64,000 nucleotides of DNA from positions 68,135 through 132,134 of the IMG/VR virus record IMGVR_UViG_3300029268_000006. One strand, given 5' to 3'. The stretch comes from a virus. Below, one piece after another: positions 1-11,500 of this stretch. Numbering within the stretch: position 1 is the first letter of the stretch; every line of letters begins with the position of its first letter. The notes under the pieces are model-generated. The model worked only from the letters and a program-made list of their open reading frames with translations. It did no database searches and had not been told where the DNA came from. The position numbers were made by a program, and so were the translations under genes.

Positions 1-65
1 TTGTTTCGCCATTCATGTTTGATTATTTTTTAGATAATATTAATATAAATATTTTCAAGAAAAGT

Positions 66-1688
66 TTAATTTTTCCAGATAAATTTCAAACTACCACTAT
101 CATAAATTCGATAAATCTTTCTTTCTAACATGATTTCATGTTCTGTTTTGTTCGGATCAAAACCTTCACTAACTAATTTATCTTTTCTAAAATTAAATCT
201 ATGATAACGTTTTTTATCTATAATATAGTAATAATTTGGTTGAGTTTTGTGAATTAATTTAAATCCAAGTTGTTTATACAATTCCCCTTGACTCCATGAT
301 CTATCAGCGTAACTAATCACTTCCTTATGTTTGTAATTTTCGATAAAATATTTGAATACTTTTTCAGAGCCACCAATTACTGATGTGTTTAATTTACTAC
401 AAAATCTCAACATTTCATAAACACCATCAGAATTACTTTGTTTCATAAATTTACGTTTCGATCCAAAAGTCATCAAGGAAACCAATACATCATTATAAAA
501 CAAACCAAGTTTAATCTGTGATCCGACAAATCCTTGTAAATGACTTTTTTCTAAAAAATCACGAATTAATTTATTATCTGTAATTTCTTTAATGATACAT
601 TTACGGGCGTAAATTTTATTTGGTGTTTTACCTATTAAATTTAGGATTCTGGATTTAATTATTTCTTGTTTATAAATCCAATCATCTTCATAAATATGTA
701 TTAATTTTATATCTTGTTGTTCACATTTTTCTGTTTTATCTAAATGATAATTATTATCGACACCAAATTCATTGTGCCAAAATAATCCATTAAATTCAAA
801 TGCCAATTTTAAATCTGGTAAATAAATGTCTAGTTCATATGGTGAAATAATATTTCTTTTATTTAATTGAATTTCTTTATTGTAATTTTCTTTAATGAAA
901 TTTTGAAGTTGTATTTCATAACCACTATTTGAAAAAGAATTTATCGGATTACAAAATGGACATAAAATAGTTTTATATGATATTCTATTTTTTATTGAAG
1001 AATTCATTTTAAATATATGTCCTTTTTCACACACATATTCATTATTATTGTTTACTAACATAATACCATATTTAGATAAAATATTTAATCTTTTTATCAT
1101 ACGAGTATGTGATGATTTTTTACGAAAATCAGAATTTTTATTTAAATTATCAACTCCATATTTTTCTAAACATGTTTTTTTATATTGTTCTAAATTATTA
1201 TAGTTTTCATCACCATATTTTTCAAGTTTAGTTTGCTTTGATTTGTTTTTGAATTCATCCAATTGTAAAGCGTGTTCTATCCCATAATTTTTAAATATTG
1301 TTTTTTTATTTTTTTCTATGTTATTATAGTTTTCATCATTATATCTTTCAATTTTAGTTTGTTTGGATTTATCTTTAAAAATATTAGTAGTAAAAAAATA
1401 TTCATTACCATATTTATTTTTATTTGTAAGTTTATTTTTTACTATACTACATTTTTTACAAGTTATAAAATTATATTTTGATAACCTCAAAACGTAAGTT
1501 TGATATGACATTTTTAATATTTTTTCACACAAATCACATTTAACTTCAATTATTTGATGAGATCCATTTGATAAATGTTCAACAGGAATTTTTAAGATAT
1601 CTTTTAATTTAATATCATATTTAAGATTTTTATAAAAATTAATATTCTTTTTATTTATTTTTATTTCAACTTCTTTTGTTATTAACAT
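66..1688 (-). CDS. Hef-like / Vsr-type (PD-(D/E)xK) homing endonuclease with N-terminal KT..EKYG repeats and Zn-binding motifs
   Basis: ELDIYLPDLKLAFEFNGLFWH...LIHIYEDDW nuclease core; IYARKC...FLEKSHLQG C-terminal domain typical of Hef-like proteins; repeated TKLEKYGDENYNN. Confidence 0.7.
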   Translation of the reverse strand: MLITKEVEIKINKKNINFYKNLKYDIKLKDILKIPVEHLSNGSHQIIEVKCDLCEKILKMSYQTYVLRLSKYNFITCKKCSIVKNKLTNKNKYGNEYFFTTNIFKDKSKQTKIERYNDENYNNIEKNKKTIFKNYGIEHALQLDEFKNKSKQTKLEKYGDENYNNLEQYKKTCLEKYGVDNLNKNSDFRKKSSHTRMIKRLNILSKYGIMLVNNNNEYVCEKGHIFKMNSSIKNRISYKTILCPFCNPINSFSNSGYEIQLQNFIKENYNKEIQLNKRNIISPYELDIYLPDLKLAFEFNGLFWHNEFGVDNNYHLDKTEKCEQQDIKLIHIYEDDWIYKQEIIKSRILNLIGKTPNKIYARKCIIKEITDNKLIRDFLEKSHLQGFVGSQIKLGLFYNDVLVSLMTFGSKRKFMKQSNSDGVYEMLRFCSKLNTSVIGGSEKVFKYFIENYKHKEVISYADRSWSQGELYKQLGFKLIHKTQPNYYYIIDKKRYHRFNFRKDKLVSEGFDPNKTEHEIMLERKIYRIYDSGSLKFIWKN

Positions 1689-1735
1689 ATCATATTTTTA
1701 TATAAAAATATTAAATTTGTTTTAATTTTTTCAAT

Positions 1736-2188
1736 TTGGAACTAATTAATAATATATATAAATTATCTTCAAAAATCAATCACCTTAAAAATATGAATTT
1801 CTATTTGGTACTAAGTAAAGATAACAGAAAATGGAAGAAATATATTAAAGTAAACAGAATACGAAATAAGGTAATAATCGATATTAAGACAGCACTGGAA
1901 GAAAATGATATAACAGATGAAAAATTTTCTGATTATTTCAATTTATTAATTTATACCAGAATCATACAGGCACTAAATAAAGAAAAGGATGTGTATTACA
2001 TCCCTAACTTCTCGAATAAGAAATTCGATATAAAAGAAATATTTAAGATTAAAAAGATATTAACTGGTGGAACTTATTTTAATATCCTGATGTTTTTTGA
2101 TGAATTTAAGGATGATGTTAGATTCCAGAATGAAGTTTTAACAAATATTACTTTATTTGATAAATCTCAAATAATTAAGGATTATTAA
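1736..2188 (+). CDS. hypothetical protein
   Basis: 150-aa ORF with ATG start; no recognisable motif. Confidence 0.5.
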   Translation: MELINNIYKLSSKINHLKNMNFYLVLSKDNRKWKKYIKVNRIRNKVIIDIKTALEENDITDEKFSDYFNLLIYTRIIQALNKEKDVYYIPNFSNKKFDIKEIFKIKKILTGGTYFNILMFFDEFKDDVRFQNEVLTNITLFDKSQIIKDY

Positions 2189-2652
2189 GATAAATATTTA
2201 GATAAGTTTGGACAACCCATTTCATTAAGATACATAGATAAAGCTTTATATCTCAATTCTTTGGATAATAATGGATTTTTATCTCTTACGGAAAGAAAAT
2301 CAACTAAATTTTTCCATCTGGCTGCATATTCTCTATCTTCCCAATCACCAGCAATATTCATCATTTCCTGCCACTCTTTTTCCTTTTGTTCTATTTCTTT
2401 ACGTAAAGAATTGCAATAATTTAACCATTTTTCACCCCTATTTGGATCAAATTCTGGACCAAAATCGTCCATATTTGATATTGATATTTTATTAAATCTA
2501 CTTTGTATTTCATTTTCATAAAAAGTATCAGCATTAAAAAACATATCATCTGCTTTTTTTCTACAATATTGATAACTTTCTGTGGTTTCGGCAATTACTT
2601 TTACAGTGGAAGTAATATCATTTCCATTTTCATCAATAACAATATATTTCAT
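2185..2652 (-). CDS. hypothetical protein
   Basis: 155-aa ORF co-directional with its neighbours. Confidence 0.6.
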   Translation of the reverse strand: MKYIVIDENGNDITSTVKVIAETTESYQYCRKKADDMFFNADTFYENEIQSRFNKISISNMDDFGPEFDPNRGEKWLNYCNSLRKEIEQKEKEWQEMMNIAGDWEDREYAARWKNLVDFLSVRDKNPLLSKELRYKALSMYLNEMGCPNLSKYLS

Positions 2653-2661
2653 ATTTTTAAT

Positions 2662-3186
2662 TTAACAAGTAAGTAATTCTAATTCACAGGGTGGTTCGGT
2701 AAAAATATCATTTAGAATTGTTCTTCTAGATTCATTGATATATTTTTCTTCATTTTTATATTGAACACCATTTATCCAATATTCTTGTTTAAAAATTTCA
2801 ATATAAGCTGGATTATTAACTCTATGCCAAAATCCGTTTTTACTGTATATTTTAAGACTATCAGATTCATAGGCTGGTAAATCACCATCTCTATGTAATT
2901 TTCCATTGATTACCCAAATACATATATCGTTTTTTCTTATAAATGCTGGACCATTTTTTCGATAAAGTTTGTTATCTAAAAAATAAAGGATATCACCACT
3001 AAATATATCTATTTGTCCATAACCTTCTATTTTAATATTACATTTTTCTATATTTTCTGTATATATTCTAATTGTTAATTTAATACCATTTTCCATAACA
3101 TTATCTGTTACAAAATGTGCTATTTTTCGTAAATCTCCACTTCCATGTTCTACTAAATTCGAACTTGTTCTTTTTTTACCCCACAT
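2662..3186 (-). CDS. protein with (L/W)HRxxxPA beta-hairpin repeats
   Basis: LYRKNGPAFI, LHRDGDLPAYE and WHRVNNPAYIE repeats. Confidence 0.6.
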   Translation of the reverse strand: MWGKKRTSSNLVEHGSGDLRKIAHFVTDNVMENGIKLTIRIYTENIEKCNIKIEGYGQIDIFSGDILYFLDNKLYRKNGPAFIRKNDICIWVINGKLHRDGDLPAYESDSLKIYSKNGFWHRVNNPAYIEIFKQEYWINGVQYKNEEKYINESRRTILNDIFTEPPCELELLTC

Positions 3187-3187
3187 A

Positions 3188-3343
3188 TTATTTTACAGTA
3201 TACCAATCACCATTATAATTTAATTGTGTCTTTTTACAATGAATGCAAGTTCTTGTCACATTAAAATCATAAAATGATACTTTTTCTAACCATTCGTGTT
3301 TACCAAATAAACATTTTAAATAATTTTTTAGTTTTTCTTTCAT
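3188..3343 (-). CDS. small Cys/His protein (DUF1660-like), 51 aa, not in the ORF track
   Basis: Hand translation MKEKLKNYLKCLFGKHEW...RTCIHCKK...TVK*; overlaps the dcm stop (ATGA). Confidence 0.55.
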   Translation of the reverse strand: MKEKLKNYLKCLFGKHEWLEKVSFYDFNVTRTCIHCKKTQLNYNGDWYTVK

Positions 3344-4254
3344 GGTTTAATTTTTGGAATGTTTTTAAGTATATGTGAAATTACATCAATCGTCCAACCG
3401 TTGCCCAACATCTTAAATCTTTCATTAATTGGAACTCCGTCCACTTCAGTATATTTATCTGGAACTGTTTGTAGTCTTTCCGCTTCAATTATATCTAATT
3501 TCCGATAAACATCATTATTATAATCCAGACAAATATTTAACCCAGCACAAGTTGTTGATAATGTACAAGTTTTACCATTTGGAAAATATGCTCTATGTCC
3601 TTGTGATTTCCACCCAGTATCATTTAAATCCCATTGAACATAGGTTCCTTTTTTAGTTATCCATTTACTTCTGGTAATTCTACTATCTTTTTTTAAGAGT
3701 CTGTGTTTTGCGTTATTATTGATTATGTCCTTAAATGATAAATATTTGTTTTTTGGCAAATCAACAACAGGAATATTTGTCCAATAAAGTCTCCGTCTAT
3801 TTTGAGCAGATACCAAATTACTATTAATTTCGATTAAGATGGTATCCGGATAAATTTTCAACAACATTTCTGTTATTTGATTTTTCCATTTTTCTAACAT
3901 AATAACATTTTCGAGTAAGAAATATTTGGGTTTCGTTTCTTTTAATATTCTTATGAATTCCAAAAACAATCCACTTTTAAGACCATTCAACCCCAATCCA
4001 TTGGGGTTTGATCTACTTAAATCCTGACAAGGACTACCTGCAAACAAAAGGTCAATTTCCTCTTTAAATGAATGACCATTGACCCCCCGTACATCATTGA
4101 GTTGAATTGTATTAGGATAATTACATTGTGTTACTAATTTGGAAAATTGATCAATTTCACTTGCATAATAATTATCATATTTTATTCCCGCTTTATTTAG
4201 TGCGATTTGTCCACATGACATTCCATCGAATAATGATAAGATATTGTATCCCAT
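3340..4254 (-). CDS. dcm: DNA (cytosine-5)-methyltransferase, orphan
   Basis: Motif I LSLFDGMSCG, motif IV GSPCQ, motif VI FLLENV, motif VIII Q.RRRLYW, C-terminal LGNGW. Confidence 0.9.
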   Translation of the reverse strand: MGYNILSLFDGMSCGQIALNKAGIKYDNYYASEIDQFSKLVTQCNYPNTIQLNDVRGVNGHSFKEEIDLLFAGSPCQDLSRSNPNGLGLNGLKSGLFLEFIRILKETKPKYFLLENVIMLEKWKNQITEMLLKIYPDTILIEINSNLVSAQNRRRLYWTNIPVVDLPKNKYLSFKDIINNNAKHRLLKKDSRITRSKWITKKGTYVQWDLNDTGWKSQGHRAYFPNGKTCTLSTTCAGLNICLDYNNDVYRKLDIIEAERLQTVPDKYTEVDGVPINERFKMLGNGWTIDVISHILKNIPKIKP

Positions 4255-4263
4255 ATTTTTTAT

Positions 4264-4617
4264 TTAAAGTTCGTTAATACTATTTCTATCTGTTGTGTCT
4301 TTATCAAATACTGTTTCATTTATTTCTTGAACAAAATCTTCAAATTCTCTTCTGTTTTTCATAATCATGTAATCACCAGAATCAAATTTTATATAAAAGT
4401 TGGTTTTTCTTTCGTGTAACGAAATTAACATTACATTATTACTTGTTACACCCATTCCGAATAGATTTGTGTATAATGACAATACATAATCATCATCCAT
4501 ATAAATCAGTGCTTTATTTGGATGATCAGATGATATAACTATGATTTTTTCTGTATTTTTTAGGAGATTTCTAACTATTTGAAATAGTTTAGTCCTGACT
4601 TCCGGTTTTAATTTCAT
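4264..4617 (-). CDS. hypothetical protein
   Basis: 117-aa ORF just downstream of a TAATTTTG promoter-like site. Confidence 0.55.
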   Translation of the reverse strand: MKLKPEVRTKLFQIVRNLLKNTEKIIVISSDHPNKALIYMDDDYVLSLYTNLFGMGVTSNNVMLISLHERKTNFYIKFDSGDYMIMKNRREFEDFVQEINETVFDKDTTDRNSINEL

Positions 4618-4621
4618 ATTA

Positions 4622-4629
4622 CAAAATTA
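4622..4629 (-). promoter_or_regulatory. Bacteroidota-type -7 promoter element TAnnTTTG (representative copy)
   Basis: TAATTTTG here. Similar sites: 24507-24514(-), 24867-24874(-, TATCTTTG), 28906-28913(+), 32448-32455(+), 48991-48998(-), 60466-60473(-), 63588-63595(-). All are intergenic and point at a downstream gene. Confidence 0.65.
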
Positions 4630-4734
4630 TGAAAAAATAATTAAATAAAAAAATTTAATTGAAATATATTTTATATTCCCCTCAAATATAGGAAAAAAAT
4701 TCAATAAAAAAAAATTCAATAGGTGTTTCCATTT

Positions 4735-4744
4735 TTAATATATA
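4735..4744 (+). promoter_or_regulatory. putative phage late promoter TTAATATATA (representative copy)
   Basis: Exact copies upstream of starts at 4735(+), 28777(+), 32466(+), 36397(-), 38835(-), 48018(-), 48075(+), 50297(+), 53985(+), 57690(-), 57786(+), 62175(-), 63712(+). Confidence 0.6.
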
Positions 4745-4768
4745 AAAACAAAAGTAATATAATTTTAG

Positions 4769-6607
4769 ATGGTTCACAATGAAATGAGTTTTTTATTTAA
4801 TCCAACAATACAGCCAACTGTGGGTGATCCGATTAGAGTAAACAATAATAACAATACTGGTGATATTTTTGGAACGATTCCAACGAAAACTAAAGCTAGA
4901 ATTTATAAAGATCCGGGTGATGGTAAAAATGTAATAGATTATGTGAATAATAAAATATATGCTAGGGATAGATTAGAACAAGACCCATATGTTACATTGT
5001 TGAATTATTTTAATGATTCTGGAACTAAAGGTCCAATTTCAATGATTTTAAAACCAGCGGATTTTGTTTATTTAAAAGATTTGGGGGTTTATCCAATCAA
5101 TAGATTAATAATTTTAAGAAGATATAGGGATGGTTGTATTGTACCAAATAATCTAACATTATTTAAAGAGAAACCAATAGCAACCGTAATTGGGTGGATT
5201 AAAGTGGATGATTCAAATAAAGATTTATTTTCATTTTCTTTTGGTGAAAGTTGGGTTGATCAAACTGATACATTAGATAAGGTTATTGGAAAAATAATGA
5301 AAGAACAATTTGGTGTAAGTGTAGGTGATTTTTTACCAGTTCCTGCTTGGTCACAAGGGTTTTTATTTGGTATGTTAAACCGTATGGGTTTAACAACATA
5401 CAGTGCAACTAATGTTCCTACTGGTGATCCAAATGTATTAAGAACATCAAAAATGAGAGAAGTTGAATCACAATCATTAAAAAGTGATTTGAAAATCACT
5501 TTTGAAACATCATATGAACAGAAATATATCGATAAAGTAGATCCGGGTTTGGCATTTCAAGATATTTTGTCAAATTTGGCTAGAATCGGAACATCTGATC
5601 AGAGGTTTATTTTAAATGCGGATAATAATAATTCTTTTAGTAAATTTGTTGAGGCCGTAAATGCAAAAGCCGAATATGCATCAAGTGCGTGGGTCGCGTT
5701 TGGAAAACAATTAATAGATGAATTTATGGGTGCGATTACTGATTTTTTTTATGGTGAAAAATCTGAATTTGCACCAATATATGATAGTATTACTAAAGAA
5801 AATGTAAAATTGGCCGGAAGTGACACAGAAAGGGATAAAAAAATAGCGAGTTTAGATGCTGATATTGCAAGATTTAAAAAATTAAAAGATAAATCTAAAA
5901 ATAATAAAGAATTTTGGGACAGACAAATTTTAGATAAAGAAAACAAAAAGAATGAAATTTTAAATCCAAAAGAAAAACCAAAAATAAAACAAGATTCATT
6001 ACAAAAAATGAGTGGGGCGAAAGAAACATTTGATGCAATATCAGGTGTAATGGAAAGGGGTGCTAATACTTTATTAGCAGGTTCTGTTTATCGTTATCGT
6101 TGGCCTTTAATAGGAAGTATTGGTTTAATGAGTGGACTATCTACAACACCTTGGCATTTAACAGTTGGAAATCCATTTTCACCAATTTTAAGTATGGGAA
6201 ATGTTTATTTAGAAAATGGTGTTGATTTAAAATTTAGTAATGAATTAGGTTTTCAGGACATGCCCAAAAGGGTTGATGTTACAATTGATTTAAAAATGGG
6301 TAGACCACTTGGTAGATGGGAAATTGAAAGAATGTTTAATAATCAATATGGTAGGGTTTATACAAAAGCTGCAGTGGATGGTGGGACTTTGGGTGAAGTC
6401 GAAATAACAGCTAAACGTGAATCAATTATTAAATCTCCAAATGGCCAAGTAAATTTAGATTTAAGTAATTTTAAAACTACAATGAAACCAGTTCCGACAC
6501 TAAATGCTATTGTACCAAATGATAAAACCCAAGATGATCCAGTGACTTATTATGGAAATGGTAATTTTAAATATCAAGAAAATCCAGAGGGTGGTTATAC
6601 CTCTTAA
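4769..6607 (+). CDS. putative tail tube initiator / baseplate protein
   Basis: First gene of the baseplate cluster; tube-like C-terminal beta domain WHLTVGNPFSPILSMGN...FSNELGFQDMP.RVDVTIDL. Confidence 0.5.
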   Translation: MVHNEMSFLFNPTIQPTVGDPIRVNNNNNTGDIFGTIPTKTKARIYKDPGDGKNVIDYVNNKIYARDRLEQDPYVTLLNYFNDSGTKGPISMILKPADFVYLKDLGVYPINRLIILRRYRDGCIVPNNLTLFKEKPIATVIGWIKVDDSNKDLFSFSFGESWVDQTDTLDKVIGKIMKEQFGVSVGDFLPVPAWSQGFLFGMLNRMGLTTYSATNVPTGDPNVLRTSKMREVESQSLKSDLKITFETSYEQKYIDKVDPGLAFQDILSNLARIGTSDQRFILNADNNNSFSKFVEAVNAKAEYASSAWVAFGKQLIDEFMGAITDFFYGEKSEFAPIYDSITKENVKLAGSDTERDKKIASLDADIARFKKLKDKSKNNKEFWDRQILDKENKKNEILNPKEKPKIKQDSLQKMSGAKETFDAISGVMERGANTLLAGSVYRYRWPLIGSIGLMSGLSTTPWHLTVGNPFSPILSMGNVYLENGVDLKFSNELGFQDMPKRVDVTIDLKMGRPLGRWEIERMFNNQYGRVYTKAAVDGGTLGEVEITAKRESIIKSPNGQVNLDLSNFKTTMKPVPTLNAIVPNDKTQDDPVTYYGNGNFKYQENPEGGYTS

Positions 6608-6621
6608 AAAATAAATTAAAA

Positions 6622-7101
6622 ATGGCAAACTTATATACATTAGAAAACGCAACAATTCAAATAGACAGTGATGGAAATCCGATCACAAATATTATCACAC
6701 CATTGGTTATTACACGTGATGATATAACATTATATCCACATATAATAACTATCACGGAGGAAATGAGACCGGATTTGATTACTTGGTCGATATATGGTAA
6801 GAAAGGATATATTGATGAAATTATGACATTAAACAATATAGTTGATGTTTTTTCTATAAGGCAAGGTGATATAGTGTGGTTTTGTGATGAAAGTGATATT
6901 CCAAAATTACAAGTTGCACAAGGTTCAAAAACAAATGCTGAAATTATTAATTCTTTAGTTGATCCGAATTCTGAAAGAAAAATAGATTTTAATAGAGAAA
7001 CTGGTGAAAATTTATTACCATCAATTAAGCCAACAAATTTGAAACAAGTTCAGGTTGATTCAAATAATAGTACTATAACAATAATTAATAAACTAAAATG
7101 A
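6622..7101 (+). CDS. LysM-like baseplate wedge protein (T4 gp53-like)
   Basis: MRPDLITWSIYG...IDEIMTLNNIVDVFSIRQGD LysM-like pattern; position in the cluster. Confidence 0.65.
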   Translation: MANLYTLENATIQIDSDGNPITNIITPLVITRDDITLYPHIITITEEMRPDLITWSIYGKKGYIDEIMTLNNIVDVFSIRQGDIVWFCDESDIPKLQVAQGSKTNAEIINSLVDPNSERKIDFNRETGENLLPSIKPTNLKQVQVDSNNSTITIINKLK

Positions 7102-8519
7102 TAAAAAGAATAACATCATCGGATAAAGTAATGGAGGAATTGGTAATATCTTATAAAGAAGACGTAACCGAATCAGATGCTCAGATTTGGGCTAGGGATT
7201 TGGGAAAATTTCCGTATATGGTTTTTTCATATGGTAATAAATTGGCATTGGATGCGAATGATATAATTTATTTTAAATTAATTGGTGATGGTTATATTCC
7301 GGAAATACAAGTTGTTTTTAGAGACCCAACAAATAAACTAATTGATGATAATTTCCCATTAGATAAATCAATTGTGAGTTTGATGATAAAATCAAATTCT
7401 GAAATTTTAATGCCAATAAGATGTGATTTTTATATTACTAATTTTAATCCAGTTAAAAGTTCGTCAATTGGTGATGATAAAGTTTTTACTATGAGAGCTG
7501 TATTGGATTTGCCAATAATTATTAAAAATTCCAGTTTTCCAAAAATGACAAGTTTTGATGTGTTGAAAAAAATTGCAAACGAATGTTTATTGGGTTTTTG
7601 TACAAATATCGATAATACAACTGACACTATGACTTGGATATGTCCGGGTGATGATTATATTAAAGAATTTATACCAGAAACAGTTTCACAGGCATATAAA
7701 AGTAATGATAGTTTCTTATGGTCTTTTGTTGATTATTATTATAATTTAAATTATATTGATATTGAAACAGAATTAAACGAAAATATAAATAGTCAATTAA
7801 CAGTTTTAAACACAAAAGATACAAAAGATACTGAAGAAACAATACCATTAATATTAAATAATCATCCAAATTCAAAACATTCCAATTTATATATTCAATC
7901 TTGGAATTTGATAAATGATAGTACATCTATAAATTTTGATGTTGGTTATGAACCTTATATTTATTATTTTGATGATTTGGGAAAGAAATTTAATTATTTA
8001 TTAATGGATACGATTTCTACAGCTGGTGACGATAAATCAAAAATAGTTTTGAAACAAAGAAATGATGATGTTAATACAAACGCTGGAAATGTTCAACAGA
8101 AAAAGAAATATTTTATGGGAAAAATTGATACAGATAATGTTCATGAGAATTTTATTTATACCCAATTACAAAATAAGAATAACATTAAATCACTTCAAAA
8201 AATAAAAATAAATGTTGTTTTACCAAATCCAAATTTTGAACTTTATCGTTTTCAACCAGTTGAAATTGTTTTATATGATTTAAATGATATGCAAGCAAAA
8301 GCAGGAAAAAGTGATAATAGTGTTCAACAAACAATCAATAATGAAAATAGAATAAATAATAGATTATCAGGAAAATGGTTAATAACTGGTATTAATTGGA
8401 TTTTTGATAAACCAAGTGGAAAATATAGAGGTAATCAAACAGTTTTTAGACAAGAAGTGACACTTGTTAGAAGAGAATTAACCACATTATATACAAATAA
8501 AAAAGTAACAACAACATAA
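7098..8519 (+). CDS. baseplate hub protein (gp27/VgrG-N-like)
   Basis: Lies between the LysM-like gene and the gp5 gene; C-terminal LSGKWLITGINW...QEVTLVRRE. Confidence 0.55.
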   Translation: MIKRITSSDKVMEELVISYKEDVTESDAQIWARDLGKFPYMVFSYGNKLALDANDIIYFKLIGDGYIPEIQVVFRDPTNKLIDDNFPLDKSIVSLMIKSNSEILMPIRCDFYITNFNPVKSSSIGDDKVFTMRAVLDLPIIIKNSSFPKMTSFDVLKKIANECLLGFCTNIDNTTDTMTWICPGDDYIKEFIPETVSQAYKSNDSFLWSFVDYYYNLNYIDIETELNENINSQLTVLNTKDTKDTEETIPLILNNHPNSKHSNLYIQSWNLINDSTSINFDVGYEPYIYYFDDLGKKFNYLLMDTISTAGDDKSKIVLKQRNDDVNTNAGNVQQKKKYFMGKIDTDNVHENFIYTQLQNKNNIKSLQKIKINVVLPNPNFELYRFQPVEIVLYDLNDMQAKAGKSDNSVQQTINNENRINNRLSGKWLITGINWIFDKPSGKYRGNQTVFRQEVTLVRRELTTLYTNKKVTTT

Positions 8520-8520
8520 T

Positions 8521-11500
8521 ATGGCCGGAGGAGGTTTAATAAGTAGCATATCTAGTATTAGTAATAGTAGTAGGGGTATTGGGAGTTCAATATATAAAAT
8601 GAAAAATCCAAATAATTTCGCAACCGCTTCTGTTGAATTGGCAAATTCTGCAATAAATTTAGCTGGTAGTATTGGTAGTTTACAAAGAGGAATTAATGAT
8701 TTATTTTATAATGATAGAGATGTTATAAATCAGGATATGAATATAATGACAGGTAATAATTATATTTCCGGTTACGAGAAGATTCCATTTCAACCACTTA
8801 TGAATATGATTATTCCGGATGATGCCAAGGAAATTATGGGGATGAAACAAGACATCAGAACTCAACCGATGGTTGATTATGATATGGAAAATTTTAAATA
8901 TTCATTGGATAGACAAACCGATAATACGGATTATTATTATGAAGACCCATTATTTGTTTCATTTGATTTAATGTTTGATGATATGGAATCACCATTATTT
9001 ACTGAAGTGGATAATTTCTTTGAAACTTATTATACTAACAATGATAATATTGCATTTTTTAAAGCTTGGAGTTATTATGATAAATTCAAACAATTATTTT
9101 GGAAAATATTTAATTCAACATCACACCCAGATAAAAAATCAAATAAAGTTTGGTATATAAATTCTATTACTGGATTGGATAAATTAACATCAAAAATTCC
9201 AAAATATACTGAAGATAAATTGACAATCACATTATCGGAAGATATTGCAATGTTGGTTAATTATTTGGTAGATTCATATAATAATTTTGCATATAATTAT
9301 AGGGATCAAAGATATAATTTACCAGATAATTTATTAAGATTTAAAATGATGATTCAATTTACAGATATGAGAACAATGAAATTGTTGGATCATTTCGAAA
9401 CACCGGGATATATGTATGATAAAGCGACCCAAATATACACATTATATGATTGTAACTTTGATTTTTTCAATTCTAAGAACTTCGCTGACGAAGTTATAAA
9501 TGGTGGATATGGTGCGTCTAAAAATGACACACCCGCAACAGTTAAATTTGATATAATATACAAATCGATTCAAAAGGAATTTAGAACACCTTTACTCAAA
9601 GGTGAAAGAGATAATATAGTTGATAATAAAGAATATGATGTGTCATCAAGAAATATTTTAAATTTCAGAAGTAATTTGAAAAGAACTGATGAAAATGAAT
9701 TGGAATTAAAAGATATTTTAAAAAATGCATTTGGTATCGCTAATTCATTAAATAATATGTTACAAGATTATATACCAAAAATTCCAATCCCAATTCCAAG
9801 CTTACCCCCAGATGTTTTGGGTACGACATATGAGAGTGTAATACCAGTTAATAAGGCTTTGATTTTAAATCAAGATACAGACGATAGAAAAATTAATCCG
9901 TTGGCTGCTAGAAAAAAATTAATTGAAGATTTTACAAAATCGATGGAACCATCATTAATACCAAATTTGAGAATAACTGGAACTACTATAAATAGTTTGG
10001 GATATGATTTTGAACAAATAATTGAATTACCAAGGTCTGAATCATTGAAAAATGTTTTTGAAAATAATGTATCATCACCTTTACCTGTTTATACAAATCT
10101 TGGATTTATTGAATTGTTTTTAAAATCACCTTTTTCTGGTAATTTGGGTGAAATTGAATTATATTTAAAACCGACATTTTCTGGCAATTTGGGTGAAATT
10201 GAATTATATTTAAAACCACCTTTTTCAGATGATTTGGGATATAATTATCAAAACATATCAACACCAACACACGATAATCTTGGAATTTTGCCGTTTATTA
10301 CAAACCCATTTGTTGTTGGAAATTTGGGTTATGATTTTCAGAATATTTCGAATCAGGAACATGAAAATTTAGGAATTTTACCTTTTATTATTAATCCTGT
10401 TATTGTTGGTAATTTGGGATATGATTATCAAAATTTACCCACTATATTACATGGTGATCTTGGAATAGAATTTGAAAATAATATAAATATTGTACCACAA
10501 AATTTAGGTAATGATTATCTTAATATTGGAAAAAGACCACCGATTCCAGATATAATTTTATTTGGAGGATCTATAATAAACCCATCAAATTTGGGTTATA
10601 TTTATACAAATATTCAAGAGTTGACGAATATAAATTTAGGAATAAATTTTGATAATACAGTTAAAAGACAATTAACATCCTTAAATACTTTATATAATAA
10701 TTTTATTAAAAAACAAGAAATTATATTGGGTAATGATTTCACAAATTTAACTAAAATTAAAAATGAATTAAATTTGGGAAATTCGTTTGATATTTCTGAA
10801 AAAATAAATATTGAATTGAAATTATTAAATGTTTATGATAATGTTGGTCAAAAAAATAATATTGATAATGTTGTTCTTTTTGAAAAATCAGAAAAACAAA
10901 TATCTGAATTAAATAATATATTTGATAATGTTGTTGAAAAAAAATCAATTATAAATATGGGTGAGTCGTTTATTGGGGTTGAAAAATCGTTAATTGATGA
11001 TATGGGTGAAGTCTTTACGGGAACCGAAAAATTACCAACCAATGATATGGGTGAAGTCTTTACAGGAACCGAAAAATTACCAACCAATGATATGGGTGAA
11101 GTCTTTACGGGAACTGAAAAATTACTAACCAATGATATGGGTGAAGTCTTTACGGGAACCGAAAAATTACAAATTAATGATATGGGTGAGGTGTTTATTG
11201 GAACTGAAAAATTACCAACCAATGATATGGGTGAGGTGTTTACAGGAACTGAAAAATTACTAACCAATGATATGGGTGAAGTCTTTACGGGAACCGAAAA
11301 ATTACTAACCAATGATATGGGTGAAGTCTTTACGGGAACCGAAAAATTACCAATTAATGATATGGGTGAAGTCTTTACGGGAACCGAAAAATTACTAACC
11401 AATGATATGGGTGAAGTCTTTACGGGGGGTGAAAAATCGTTAATTGATGATATGGGTGAAGTTTTTACAGGAACTGAAAAATTACCAATTAATGATATGG